Source of the DNA: a virus
Taxonomy: Duplodnaviria > Caudoviricetes
Strand: one strand, 5' to 3'
Virus record (IMG/VR): IMGVR_UViG_3300027861_000031
Coordinates: 1-60,345 of that record
DNA length: 60,345 nt
Shown in pieces: positions 8,776-18,675 of the stretch; position 1 is the first letter of the stretch, and every line of letters starts with the position of its first letter. Both the position numbers and the translations under genes were made by a program. The notes under the pieces are model-generated. The model ran no database searches. It had not been told where the DNA came from and saw only the letters and a program-made list of their open reading frames with translations.

Positions 8776-11201
8776 TGCCAAACAATAAAGAAATAAAAAT
8801 ACGCTGGATAAGTGACGAAGCTGAAATAGATCGCTCAATTCAGCGACTCCAGCAGAAACTAACCCAAATGAACCGATCTTCGGGTCAGATGCAAAATATT
8901 CAACAAACTGGCGGCACTCTATCACCAGCGGCTCAGAACGCTCAAAAGCAATTCCAAAAGTCTTCAGAATACCTATTACAACGTGAATCTAGGGAGTTAG
9001 ATCAACGTCAACGTAAAGAAAACATGGCTTTACTCGCTAAGCAGCGTGAGTTAATGAAAATTGAAAAGGCTGAAGGCGCTATAACTGCTGAGAAAAAGAA
9101 ACAAATAGATTTACTAAAAGAAGAAATTAACCTTAAATCTCAATCGGTTATGGATATTGAGTCGGCTAAGCATAAGATTAATCAAAACCTCCAAAATATT
9201 AACGGTACTGGAGGCGGCGGTGGCGGCGGTGGCGGCGGCGGTGGAGGTGATTCTAGCGGAGGCGGCTTTATGTCCTTCCTAAAAGCTATAGGAGCGGCAG
9301 GTATCCTCTCAGGCGGCTTAAACGCTGCGTCAGCCATTGGTCATGATGTTAGGACTAGACGAGCCTCTATCTCTCGAGCAGAGGGTGGGGCGGCTTTTGG
9401 AGCTTCTAGAGACCTTAGAGAGCAAGCCGGAGGTCGTGGCTCAGACGCTTATTTTTATGCTGAAGAAAGAAGAAAAGCCGCTAACATTACAAAAGACACA
9501 TATAAAAATAAAAGATTTTACGATGTAATGGGAGCAGCCGGTAGAGCTGTTCCTGGTGCCATTGGAGGAGCCGTAGGCGGAGTAGCCGTTGGCGGCGCTA
9601 TTGGTGGTACTTTAGGTGCTATAGGCGGTTCTTTCTTAGGTCCGATGGGTACGGCGGCAGGTGCTTACTTAGGTGGAGTTGCTGGCTCAGCAATTGGCGG
9701 CGGTATTGGCGCTTTTGTGGGCGGCGCTAATACAATGGGACGATCTGGCAGAACAGCTATTTTTGACCCTGAAAGATATAATAAAGAGAATTTAGCTCAA
9801 GCCTTTAAAGATCGTGAAGGTCTTGAAATGGCAGAGCTATATAAAGACCCTACAAAAGTAATTGGTCGTCAGCACTTTCAACAAAACGTCAACAAATATT
9901 CTAAACTACAAAGACAGCTTGGATTAGGCGACGAAGCATCCTTCGGTAAAAGAGGATTTTTACAGCAGCAAATGGGTCAAGGAGAACAATTCGGCGGCGG
10001 CTTATTAGGTGAAGATGAAATTCTTGGAAATTTCCAATCCCTCAGAGGCTCTTCTGGTAGAACAGATTCAAGAGAGCTTACTGGTAGATCGGCGGCTATG
10101 GGTCGTCAGTTTGGTATTGCAAACGCCGGCTCAACAATGGGTAAAATGATGGGTCAAGGTTTGGGTGTAACTCAAACTGAAGATGCGTTTAAAAAGATAA
10201 TGGCTGAAGCCGTATCAATGGGAGTTGATGCTACTGAAATGTCAGCAGAGATGCAAAACTTTACGGCAGTGGCTGGAGATATTGCAACTCAAGGCGGTGG
10301 TTTTTCAGCCATTGCTGCAAAACAATTCGCAGGAGCGGCAGGGGATTTTGGAGCTGGAGCTTTAGGTGCCGCTAAGTCTGGCTTTGGTAAGTTTGAAAAA
10401 AGAGCTAACTCAGCCGGAGGCGCTGAAGGACAGCTTGGTTTTGGATTCTTCCAGGGTAGTAAGTCTGACGATGCTTTTGGTAAAGACATTGCCGATAAAA
10501 TTAGAAAAGACCCTAAGCTAATGAATTTGATGAATCAAATGTCAGCCTCAAAACTTCAAAAAAATAAGCGAATGTTGGATGGTATGGCTGAATCTTTGGC
10601 AGGAGAAGATGGAGATAAAGAAGCTATTAAAAAACAACTTTTAAGTGGAATGGGAAAGGTTGATTTATTCAAACAAACTAAAATGCAAGGAACTGAAGAT
10701 GCGCTTTCAAAATATAGAAAATCCAAAGGCACTTCTAGTGAAAATTTAAATTACTTTAAATCAGCAAAATGGTTGGCGGCTGAAAGAGGTACTGAATTCA
10801 CATCGCAAGGTTCTTTGGGAATGTCAGCAGATATTAACTACTCTAGCGGTAGTACATCTTCCGGCGGCGCAGACGAAAGAGGACAAATTGATGGAGCCTA
10901 TAGGAAAGATCGAGGATTTGCAGCAGACGCTGAAAGGTCTTCAAGAGCTATAGGCGATAGGATGAAAATAAATGCTATGGCTGAAGGAGCGACAGCTTTT
11001 ATTGCTGCAGCAAAAAACAATACAGAAGCTTTTGAAAAAACCGCAATACAGTTTAAAGCGTTAAATGACATGATAAAAAAAGAAGGTGTAGACCTTGAAA
11101 CGGCTTTACAAAAGTTAGAGGACGGTTTGAAGAAGTTAGCTAAAGAAGCTGAAGATACCGCCGCCGTCCAAAAAAACACCAAACCTGCTGGCGGCTTTTA
11201 A
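8775..11201 (+). CDS. Probable tail tape measure protein
   Basis: Coiled-coil N-terminus, Gly/Ala-rich hydrophobic segment, position before hub and spike. Confidence 0.65.
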   Translation: MPNNKEIKIRWISDEAEIDRSIQRLQQKLTQMNRSSGQMQNIQQTGGTLSPAAQNAQKQFQKSSEYLLQRESRELDQRQRKENMALLAKQRELMKIEKAEGAITAEKKKQIDLLKEEINLKSQSVMDIESAKHKINQNLQNINGTGGGGGGGGGGGGGDSSGGGFMSFLKAIGAAGILSGGLNAASAIGHDVRTRRASISRAEGGAAFGASRDLREQAGGRGSDAYFYAEERRKAANITKDTYKNKRFYDVMGAAGRAVPGAIGGAVGGVAVGGAIGGTLGAIGGSFLGPMGTAAGAYLGGVAGSAIGGGIGAFVGGANTMGRSGRTAIFDPERYNKENLAQAFKDREGLEMAELYKDPTKVIGRQHFQQNVNKYSKLQRQLGLGDEASFGKRGFLQQQMGQGEQFGGGLLGEDEILGNFQSLRGSSGRTDSRELTGRSAAMGRQFGIANAGSTMGKMMGQGLGVTQTEDAFKKIMAEAVSMGVDATEMSAEMQNFTAVAGDIATQGGGFSAIAAKQFAGAAGDFGAGALGAAKSGFGKFEKRANSAGGAEGQLGFGFFQGSKSDDAFGKDIADKIRKDPKLMNLMNQMSASKLQKNKRMLDGMAESLAGEDGDKEAIKKQLLSGMGKVDLFKQTKMQGTEDALSKYRKSKGTSSENLNYFKSAKWLAAERGTEFTSQGSLGMSADINYSSGSTSSGGADERGQIDGAYRKDRGFAADAERSSRAIGDRMKINAMAEGATAFIAAAKNNTEAFEKTAIQFKALNDMIKKEGVDLETALQKLEDGLKKLAKEAEDTAAVQKNTKPAGGF

Positions 11202-11218
11202 AAAAGTAAGGAATCTTA

Positions 11219-13072
11219 ATGGGATATGTTCAAGATATTGATGTAAATTCAGTCGATACTCATCAAATGAGTCCAGGCTATGTTGTGACCTTCTTACGTT
11301 GGTCTAATAGAGATACGTTTAACTATCATCAGCCAGAGACCGATGCTATTAGAATTATCAAAGACCTAGATAGGGTTAAGAAAGATAATTTAGACGTAAG
11401 AAAGCCACTTGTTGTTTATAATGATGCTATCAAGGTAGATGTTAACAATAGTAAAAAATCCTTAAATCCAACAACCACAATTATATTAAAAGGTGGAGAT
11501 ATTAATTACTCTACCGCAGTCCATCCTGGGGATTTCATATTAGTAAATATGCTAACTTGGGAAACAGACGCTGAAAGAGTTAGAGACAAAGCTATCGCCC
11601 TACAACCTATCAATGAGAAAGATGATGGGTTTAAGGGTGTTTTTAAAATCCAAAACGTAGTTAAACATATTGTTACGGATGAAAACTCAGGAGTTAAAAC
11701 ATTAACTTATATCGTTACTGGCGCTGGATTTACAGAGTTTGGTAATATTATATACTACAACCCAGCCATCTCAGCTGCCTTTGCTAAAGAAGGTACTTTA
11801 ATGTATCAATCTGCAATAGGTGAGGAAATAACTAGAGCTATTAAAAGTAAAAATGATATTGATTCTATTATGAAGACACTATTTAAAGTGTTGATTGGCT
11901 TACCTATTAAGGCAGACAATAAAGGTGAAATAAATGATTTTGGCAACTCTCAATTCAGAGTTCCTTCAACTTTAGGTAACTTATTAGGTAAACCTTCCAT
12001 GAAGTACGCTTCTGATATGTTTGATTATATTATAGGAATATGGACTGATAGTAAAACTATTAGAAGCTTTGACGCTTTTCAAAACGGTTTTAATCCTGGC
12101 TTTGTTAGGGATGGGGCTGATAATTTTTTTAAAACAACGTTGGCAGGTAATCCTATAAAAGGAAATAAAAAGATTGATTTAGGAAATTTTAACAGTAATA
12201 CAACTTGGTCAATATTAAACGGATATCTTAATGGTGTTATAAATGAAATGTATACAACATATAGAATAACTCCATCTGGAAAAATACAGCCAGTCGTGAT
12301 TGTTAGGCAAAAACCTTTTACAACTCCTCACTTTAAAGCTCCAACAGATACGCCAGTAACTAGATATATGAAACTACCTAGGTGGAGGATAAACTCGAGA
12401 CTTTTATACGACCTGCAAACATCTAAAAATGATTCGTTTCGTTTTAATTTTGTACAAGTGTTTACTAGAACTGTTGTAGATGCTAGCGTTAAGGCGATTG
12501 ATCAGGCTAGTCAAATAGCCTACAAGAACTTTGTAGTTGATGAGGGTGATATTCAAAGAAACGGACTTAGAACTTATATAAAAACAGCAAACTTTGACTT
12601 CCCAGGAGAAGATAAGCCCAATACAAGATTAAGAGCTAAAGAGTGGTCACAACTATTGGCAGATTGGGTAATTGACGGTAACCTAAAGGAATCAGGTACG
12701 GCAACGTTTGCTGGAATACAAGAATCTATATCTGTAGGTGATAATATCGAAATCGATGGTATTATATATCATATAGAGAATGTTCATCACTCGCTACACA
12801 TATTACCTTCTGGAAAGAAGAAGTTTAGAACAAAGATAGCAATCTCTTACGGAATGGACGTTAGGTCGTCAAAAGATGGACCAGTATATGCAAATATGGA
12901 CCACACAGACGCTTACACTGAAGGGTTAAGAGATGCCGCTAATGAAGGGCTACTACCAGGAACTTCAGACACTCAAAATATCAGAGGTAGAGTTGATGGT
13001 GAAGAGGTGAGAGAAACTAGGCAGCAATCTTTCACTCCTAGTAATCTAAGAAATAAAAAAGGAGATTTGTAG
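11219..13072 (+). CDS. Probable baseplate hub / tail protein
   Basis: Size, synteny, C-terminal VGDNI...YHIENVHH pattern. Confidence 0.55.
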   Translation: MGYVQDIDVNSVDTHQMSPGYVVTFLRWSNRDTFNYHQPETDAIRIIKDLDRVKKDNLDVRKPLVVYNDAIKVDVNNSKKSLNPTTTIILKGGDINYSTAVHPGDFILVNMLTWETDAERVRDKAIALQPINEKDDGFKGVFKIQNVVKHIVTDENSGVKTLTYIVTGAGFTEFGNIIYYNPAISAAFAKEGTLMYQSAIGEEITRAIKSKNDIDSIMKTLFKVLIGLPIKADNKGEINDFGNSQFRVPSTLGNLLGKPSMKYASDMFDYIIGIWTDSKTIRSFDAFQNGFNPGFVRDGADNFFKTTLAGNPIKGNKKIDLGNFNSNTTWSILNGYLNGVINEMYTTYRITPSGKIQPVVIVRQKPFTTPHFKAPTDTPVTRYMKLPRWRINSRLLYDLQTSKNDSFRFNFVQVFTRTVVDASVKAIDQASQIAYKNFVVDEGDIQRNGLRTYIKTANFDFPGEDKPNTRLRAKEWSQLLADWVIDGNLKESGTATFAGIQESISVGDNIEIDGIIYHIENVHHSLHILPSGKKKFRTKIAISYGMDVRSSKDGPVYANMDHTDAYTEGLRDAANEGLLPGTSDTQNIRGRVDGEEVRETRQQSFTPSNLRNKKGDL

Positions 13073-14152
13073 ATGTATAATCCAACGCTACCGTCATCCT
13101 TATTAGATGAAAGACTAGAGGGCGACGTAGATTTTTCATACTTGTCTAAGATGTTTAATAATGACTCTTTAAGACTAGGAGTTGTTTTAGAGATTACTGA
13201 TATTGAGGATGAAGATAATCAGTCAGGTATTGCTCCTGAATATAAGGTTATGACTATTGAGCAAAACAAAGAAGGCAGTATATCTAGCGTTGAGTATAAA
13301 AACTGCATTAGATTAAACGCCTTAGGTGGAATTGCAGACTATATGTTTGCGAAACTAAGAACCCCTACGGACGCTACCAAGGTTAAGAACTCAGCCTCTA
13401 TAAAGAAACAGGAAGGCTCTATAGTTTTAATTATGTGTCTAGATGGAAACTCTGAGAAGGGAATAATCTTAGGCTCGTTAGATCACCCTGAAGGGACTAG
13501 ACTCTCTAAAGAACTAGGTCATCATTTAGAAGGTGAGTTTAATGGAGTTAATTGGGCAATAAATAAAGAAGGTGCTTTAACCGTTACTTTCAAGTCAGCA
13601 ACAGACTCTAAAGGTAAACAGTCAGACGAAGAAGCAGCCGGCGCTAACTTTAAAATAGAAAAAGATGGCTCAGTAGAGCTTGGTAGTGGCAACGTTGAAA
13701 AGATAAGGCTTGATAAGACTAATAAAACAGCTAGCATTGCTGCTGAAGCAGACGTTAGCATATCAAGCACTACTAAAAGTATTAATGTAACGGCTGGAGA
13801 GTCGGTAAACGTAAAGGCTACAAAAGATTTAATAGCGGCGGCTGAAGGTAAGGCTTCTATTACGGTGGCGCAAACTTTTGATATAGAAGCTAAAGGCGCT
13901 GCAAACGTTAAAGTTAAAGAATTAAAAGTAGAGTCTAAATCCATGATAAAAATGAAGGCTCAATCTTTAGTAGATATTGAAGGCTCATCTGCAATAAATC
14001 TGAAAGCGCCTACGGTAGGTATTGGACCGTCGCCTTCAGAGCCGGCTTTGTTGGCTTTTCAGTTGATTGTGTTGGGTGTTGGTAACCTTTCAGCTCCTGT
14101 GGTTAGTACAGCTATTGCTGGATTCAGCACTTCAGTAACGCTTAGCTCTTAA
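13073..14152 (+). CDS. Baseplate central spike (gpV/gp5-like)
   Basis: OB-fold-like N-terminus followed by periodic beta-helix repeats. Confidence 0.65.
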   Translation: MYNPTLPSSLLDERLEGDVDFSYLSKMFNNDSLRLGVVLEITDIEDEDNQSGIAPEYKVMTIEQNKEGSISSVEYKNCIRLNALGGIADYMFAKLRTPTDATKVKNSASIKKQEGSIVLIMCLDGNSEKGIILGSLDHPEGTRLSKELGHHLEGEFNGVNWAINKEGALTVTFKSATDSKGKQSDEEAAGANFKIEKDGSVELGSGNVEKIRLDKTNKTASIAAEADVSISSTTKSINVTAGESVNVKATKDLIAAAEGKASITVAQTFDIEAKGAANVKVKELKVESKSMIKMKAQSLVDIEGSSAINLKAPTVGIGPSPSEPALLAFQLIVLGVGNLSAPVVSTAIAGFSTSVTLSS

Positions 14153-14168
14153 AGTTTGTAGGTAATGG

Positions 14169-14178
14169 CAATCTTTAA
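14169..14178 (+). promoter_or_regulatory. CAATCTTTAA candidate late promoter
   Basis: Intergenic, before AGGAGG RBS of the HNH gene. Confidence 0.5.
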
Positions 14179-14192
14179 GTAGGAGGATTACC

Positions 14193-14783
14193 ATGACCGA
14201 AACAGAACATAAAATATGCAATAAATGCGAACACTTACAGCCTATAGAGAACTACACTAAAGAGAAAAAACCAGATGGTTCTTATTATTTTCGCAAAAAA
14301 TGTAAAAGATGTAGAAACAAACAAAGAAGAGACAACCAAAAGGAAACTAATTATTGGTCAAAAAGATACCAATCTATGTCTGAAGAGGATAGAAAGGCGT
14401 ATATAAAGAAAAAATCATTACAAAATCAGGAAAGATTTAAAACAAACCCAGAAGCTTTAAAGAATAAAAAAAAATATGAAAAGTCAGATAAGGGAATTTA
14501 CAATAGATATAGAAACGAATGCAACAGAAGAGGTCGTCTTAAACGAGGTATAAAGGTGCTTATTGAATTTGATGACTTTCAAAAATTAATTAACGATAAA
14601 TGTTATTACTGTAATAAGGATAATTGTAGAGGTGTTGATAGGGTATGTGCAGATGGAAATTATGAATTAAATAACGTAAAATCTTGCTGTAATATATGTA
14701 ATCAAATGAAAAACAATATGACTCATGACGATTTTTTAGATCATATTGATCAAATTCTACTAACAATGAGATTATCTTCATAG
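14193..14783 (+). CDS. HNH/His-Me finger endonuclease
   Basis: N-terminal CxxC pairs; CYYC, GVDRV, SCCNICNQMK. Confidence 0.75.
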   Translation: MTETEHKICNKCEHLQPIENYTKEKKPDGSYYFRKKCKRCRNKQRRDNQKETNYWSKRYQSMSEEDRKAYIKKKSLQNQERFKTNPEALKNKKKYEKSDKGIYNRYRNECNRRGRLKRGIKVLIEFDDFQKLINDKCYYCNKDNCRGVDRVCADGNYELNNVKSCCNICNQMKNNMTHDDFLDHIDQILLTMRLSS

Positions 14784-14791
14784 GAGTTAAT

Positions 14792-15037
14792 ATGTATGAT
14801 AAATTAAAACACATGCTAATGGTAAATTTGATGAATCTAGGTATTGTCAAAACAATATCAATATCTTCGGACCTTTTTAATAAACTGTCTGAAAACGAAG
14901 TAAGTTATTTAGAGGGTATGTTAAGCTGTTCTTCTAAAATCAAATGGATAATATCCAACGATAAGAAAGAGCACATCGAATTTATTTACTCTCAATACCC
15001 AAAGAGTGAGAGAGATGGTACGACCATTAATATATGA
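14792..15037 (+). CDS. Hypothetical protein
   Basis: AGGAG RBS. Confidence 0.55.
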   Translation: MYDKLKHMLMVNLMNLGIVKTISISSDLFNKLSENEVSYLEGMLSCSSKIKWIISNDKKEHIEFIYSQYPKSERDGTTINI

Positions 15038-15221
15038 GTTTAAATGTAAATGCGGTAAGTATTTTCTATACAGCCTAAGAGATGGACCAGATTTTAGGTG
15101 CTACGGCTGTAAATCAAACACTACTCTTGAAGACGTTGAGAAAGAATTAAGAGAAATGTCTGAAGAAGAATACCAATCGTTTATGCAAGATATTGAAGAA
15201 TACGAACGAGATGGAGAATAA
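15015..15221 (+). CDS. Zinc-ribbon protein
   Basis: PLIYEFKCKCG...CYGC. Confidence 0.55.
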   Translation: MVRPLIYEFKCKCGKYFLYSLRDGPDFRCYGCKSNTTLEDVEKELREMSEEEYQSFMQDIEEYERDGE

Positions 15222-15549
15222 AATGAAAAAGATGAAGAATACGAACATGGCTAACATTGATGTTAACATGATGCAAGAGCTAGAAAATGTTTTTGGTGAA
15301 AAGCCTGAAATGACTCCAGAGCAGTTTTGCTATTGGCTACAGGGTTTTTGTGAAATGACCAAAACTAAAGAGATGGATGAAGATCAATTCAAAATGCTTA
15401 AAGAGCATCTTGCTTTAGTGTTTAATAAAGTGACTCCAAGTTTAATGCCAAACATTACTTGCTCTGCCACCACAATAACACCTAGCGAACAGATCACGGT
15501 AAACGATATTGACTTTACTAAAGTTGCAACAGAAGCGAAGTACTGCTAA
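15193..15549 (+). CDS. Hypothetical phage protein (start uncertain)
   Basis: MTPEQFCYWLQG...HLALVFNKVTP. Confidence 0.6.
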   Translation: MKNTNEMENKMKKMKNTNMANIDVNMMQELENVFGEKPEMTPEQFCYWLQGFCEMTKTKEMDEDQFKMLKEHLALVFNKVTPSLMPNITCSATTITPSEQITVNDIDFTKVATEAKYC

Positions 15550-15890
15550 TGAAACCTTATAAAAAAAGAGCTAGAGCACATGGCTGCTGGGGTAAAGACT
15601 ATAAAGAGCAAAAGAATCGCTCTGAACGTAACTACGCCAAGAAAGAAATTAGTCAAGCTGAACAAGAACATCTAGAAGGAGATGATTTTAGATACTCTTT
15701 CTATTCTAGAAGTAGAATTCCTAAAAGAGATCGAAAGATTGCTTGGTACGAAAAGACAATTGAAGCGTGGGAGCAGTCTAAACATTATTATAAACATAAC
15801 TGCTCCAGTTGGTATGGTCGTACTTTAATGTCTTTTAAAGACAAATTAAAGAAACTCAAAAAAGAGAGAGAAGATGAGCAAGGAAATTAA
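15549..15890 (+). CDS. Basic hypothetical protein
   Basis: Coupled ORF. Confidence 0.55.
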   Translation: MKPYKKRARAHGCWGKDYKEQKNRSERNYAKKEISQAEQEHLEGDDFRYSFYSRSRIPKRDRKIAWYEKTIEAWEQSKHYYKHNCSSWYGRTLMSFKDKLKKLKKEREDEQGN

Positions 15891-15908
15891 AAAAGAACTG
15901 GATAAGTA

Positions 15909-16415
15909 ATGGAGATGATTGTAGGTTTATTGATATTTGTCTTAGTCTTCTGGAAAGACCGTAAAACCCTGCATTTTGATCTTAACGTCGTTCAAAAATT
16001 CATCACATTAATGATATTATTCACGTTCGCTAGATTCACACTACTAAGCGTTCTATCTGACTTTGGTCTAAATATATTCGATCTTAATAAAGGTATTGAA
16101 ACCCTTTCCTTCTGGCGGCTAGCTTTGGTTTTTTGGGAAGATGCATTTTTTGCTTTACCAATATATTATATGGTTGATAAGTGGAAGTGGTCTAAATACA
16201 TATGGATGCCGATAGCAGCCGTCTTGAGTATTAGATTTGGGTTAGGTCATATCTATCAATTTGAACTAGCCTATATTGCATCTTTACTAATACCTTACGC
16301 CGTCTTTTATCGAATGGGTAGGAAGTACGGCTTTGGAACTACTATGACGTGTCATATTTTATTTGATATGTTTACAATAATAACATTCAAACTATCCCCT
16401 ATTGTGGTATTATAA
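15909..16415 (+). CDS. CPBP (CAAX/Abi) family intramembrane protease-like protein
   Basis: Multiple TM segments; WEDAFF, FGLGH and HILFD correspond to CPBP motifs. Confidence 0.6.
   Translation: MEMIVGLLIFVLVFWKDRKTLHFDLNVVQKFITLMILFTFARFTLLSVLSDFGLNIFDLNKGIETLSFWRLALVFWEDAFFALPIYYMVDKWKWSKYIWMPIAAVLSIRFGLGHIYQFELAYIASLLIPYAVFYRMGRKYGFGTTMTCHILFDMFTIITFKLSPIVVL
16403..16413 (+). promoter_or_regulatory. Extended -10 promoter for the tRNA-like RNA
   Basis: TGTGGTATTAT, 6 nt before A16420. Confidence 0.6.
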
Positions 16416-16419
16416 ATAA

Positions 16420-16488
16420 ACGTTAGTAGTTTAATAAAAAACGCTTCCCCGAGGGATAGAGATGCGGCTGGGATTCCCGTCTAACGTT
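16420..16488 (+). ncRNA. Degenerate tRNA-like RNA, no encoded CCA
   Basis: Acceptor ACGTTAG/CTAACGT; D-stem GTTT/AAAC; T-arm GCGGC-TGGGATT-CCCGT; anticodon arm reduced to TCCC-CGA-GGGA. Confidence 0.6.
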
Positions 16489-16519
16489 TTCCTGTAAGCC
16501 CTTGTAAACTCAAGGCTAT

Positions 16520-16545
16520 AACCTCCTGAATAGGGGGTTTTTTTT
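16520..16545 (+). terminator. Intrinsic terminator
   Basis: AACCTCCT-GAAT-AGGGGGTT followed by a T-run. Confidence 0.8.
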
Positions 16546-16565
16546 CGCCCAAATTTCTATCAAAG

Positions 16566-16576
16566 TGTGGTATTAT
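16566..16576 (+). promoter_or_regulatory. Extended -10 promoter
   Basis: TGTGGTATTAT; ATG 16582 lies 5 nt downstream. Confidence 0.6.
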
Positions 16577-16581
16577 ATAGT

Positions 16582-16928
16582 ATGGTTGAGATTAATAAAG
16601 ATTATAAATTCATAGGAGTAGATATGGCAGAAGGTTAGACAAGACAGTAATTCAAGTTACAGATTTAGTAAAAACAGAGTCATCTAATGTTAATGAAGTG
16701 GCGTATTGTGACAATTCAAACACAGCTTTTGTATCGTTTAAGAACGGTTCTTTGTATCGATATGAGGGCGTTAGTCGTGAAGACTTTGAAACTCTCAGAA
16801 ATGCAGAGTCTGTCGGTAAGTATTTAGGAGCTATATTTTTAAAGAAAGGCTTTGAATATCAAAAACTTGAAAATGCTGAGCTGCTAGATATTTCTTTAGG
16901 TTTTAAAGAAGAAACAGAAGAGGGCTAG
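16582..16928 (+). CDS. KTSC-domain protein with an apparent frameshift near 16635
   Basis: ESSNVNEVAY...FKNGSLYRYEGV...AESVGKY; KTSC N-terminus lies upstream of GTG 16698 with no in-frame ATG. Confidence 0.65.
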
Positions 16929-16936
16929 GATAAAAG

Positions 16937-17737
16937 ATGAATATTCATTCTCAAGATAAAAAATTCTTAGAAAAGCTTAAAGAGATGAGTTTCATGCGTG
17001 TGCGTGTAGGTTCACACCTATACGATATGAACGGTAAAGATTCTGACATAGATTATCTTTATTTGTATGTGAAACCAAAAGAACTTGCGAATAGCTTCTC
17101 TTGGGAGCACCACCAGCTACAATTTAAAGAGGATGGGATTGATCATAATTTCACAGACTTGCATTCGTTTATTCGTAATATTATGACAGGTGATTCTACT
17201 ATTAACTTTGAAGCGCTTCATTCAGAAGAGTTCAAGAACAACCCTAAAGTAAAATTCTTATATGAGAATCGTAAGTGGTTCTACTCATACAATATCATTA
17301 GGTCTTATCTTGGTCTGTCTCGTAGAGACCTTAAGATGTGTACAAAAGTTAGACCAAAAGTGGATGGAATAAACCACAAGAAACTTTACCATGCGTGCCG
17401 TGGCATGAGAGCGGCAGAACATCTAATGAAAGGCGCTTATGAAAATGTTGTGTCTGATATGTTATTTTCTAAGTACTTAAGAGAGATTAAAGACGGTAAG
17501 ATATTAAAATATGAAGCTAGAGAACTCATTAAAGCTACAGATAACTGTATAGGACACACTAGAGAAGAACTTAATAAAAAGTTTGAAGACGGACTAATAC
17601 CAAGGGTTATGAGTGTATATTATATGGAATTATTAGATGTCTGGTTGAAAGGTTTTACTAACCAACACCAAAAACATTTTGACTTTGATTGTCGTTATTT
17701 TTACAACGCTCTTGAGGAGGGTATTAAATATGATTAA
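16937..17737 (+). CDS. Pol-beta superfamily nucleotidyltransferase (RlaP/NrdC.11-like)
   Basis: GSHLYDMNGKDSDIDY; KKLYHACR. Confidence 0.75.
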   Translation: MNIHSQDKKFLEKLKEMSFMRVRVGSHLYDMNGKDSDIDYLYLYVKPKELANSFSWEHHQLQFKEDGIDHNFTDLHSFIRNIMTGDSTINFEALHSEEFKNNPKVKFLYENRKWFYSYNIIRSYLGLSRRDLKMCTKVRPKVDGINHKKLYHACRGMRAAEHLMKGAYENVVSDMLFSKYLREIKDGKILKYEARELIKATDNCIGHTREELNKKFEDGLIPRVMSVYYMELLDVWLKGFTNQHQKHFDFDCRYFYNALEEGIKYD

Positions 17738-18356
17738 TCCATTTAAATATGTGCCGGTTAGAACTAACCAATATCTCTACGGCAAAGATTTTTTGGAGAC
17801 TAGATGGGGTATTGTTATCTATGAGGCTAACTATGAAATAAAGCCATTGGGAGCTGTAGCTTTAGTTCCTAAAGACACTTATAAAAAAATTAAAGCTTTT
17901 TTAAAGCCCGTTGAAGGGCAGTACGAGTGGCAAAAGATGACGGACGGTGTTACCAAAGCAATGGATGTTTATATAAAAGATGCTGATAAATATCAACATC
18001 CTATCGGTATTGATAGAGATAGTCTTGTTAAACTACATAAGCATGTTGCAGATCAATGGAAAGAAAGAATCTCTCACTCCAGCGGCTATACTTTGTTGCA
18101 ATATAACGTTAGAGCATCGTTTTTTAGAAGTGGCTTTTTAAGACAAATGGTTAGTCATAGCGACTGGTATGAAGCTCCGCTAAAACCTCATAGATATGGT
18201 GGAGAAGAATTCACCAAAACTACCTATTTAAAATATTTTATGGCTCACTACGGTTCGATAGTTTATTGTAAAGTTATGAACTTTTTCAATCGTAAAAAGA
18301 TCGCAAAAGATAAGGCTGAGCAACTAGCAAAACATAAGAGTGGCTTCTATGATTAA
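17730..18356 (+). CDS. Hypothetical protein
   Basis: GAGGAGG RBS before ATG 17730. Confidence 0.6.
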   Translation: MINPFKYVPVRTNQYLYGKDFLETRWGIVIYEANYEIKPLGAVALVPKDTYKKIKAFLKPVEGQYEWQKMTDGVTKAMDVYIKDADKYQHPIGIDRDSLVKLHKHVADQWKERISHSSGYTLLQYNVRASFFRSGFLRQMVSHSDWYEAPLKPHRYGGEEFTKTTYLKYFMAHYGSIVYCKVMNFFNRKKIAKDKAEQLAKHKSGFYD

Positions 18357-18627
18357 TCCAGAAGATATTGCTGAAAATGTTGCTGAAGGTATTAGAAACA
18401 TATTGAGCCTCAATCTTGGTAAAAAATCAGACGAAGAAAGATGCGTTAACATTAAAGGACAGGTAGACGCCTTTCTTTTTGATTTTATGTATGTTAATAG
18501 ATTAGCAAAAGTGCCAATAGTTAGGGTTGTAAATGAAGGTCCGTTCATTACAATTAATTTTTTCGATAAAGAGGATAACCGATTAGAATCAGTACCAGAT
18601 ATGATTAAATATATGGAATTAGAATAA
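18340..18627 (+). CDS. Hypothetical protein
   Basis: Packed ORF. Confidence 0.55.
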   Translation: MASMINPEDIAENVAEGIRNILSLNLGKKSDEERCVNIKGQVDAFLFDFMYVNRLAKVPIVRVVNEGPFITINFFDKEDNRLESVPDMIKYMELE

Positions 18628-18628
18628 C

Positions 18629-18639
18629 TGTGGTATTAT
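18629..18639 (+). promoter_or_regulatory. Extended -10 promoter
   Basis: Intergenic TGTGGTATTAT. Confidence 0.65.
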
Positions 18640-18675
18640 ACGATACCAAACTAATTAGTCACAAAGGAGATTATC

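Noticed and set aside
9209-9248. GGN tract as a contingency repeat
   Set aside because: It is an in-frame poly-Gly linker with mixed codons in the tape measure gene.
13961-13970. CAATCTTTAG near-match to the late motif
   Set aside because: One mismatch and located inside the spike CDS; not counted.
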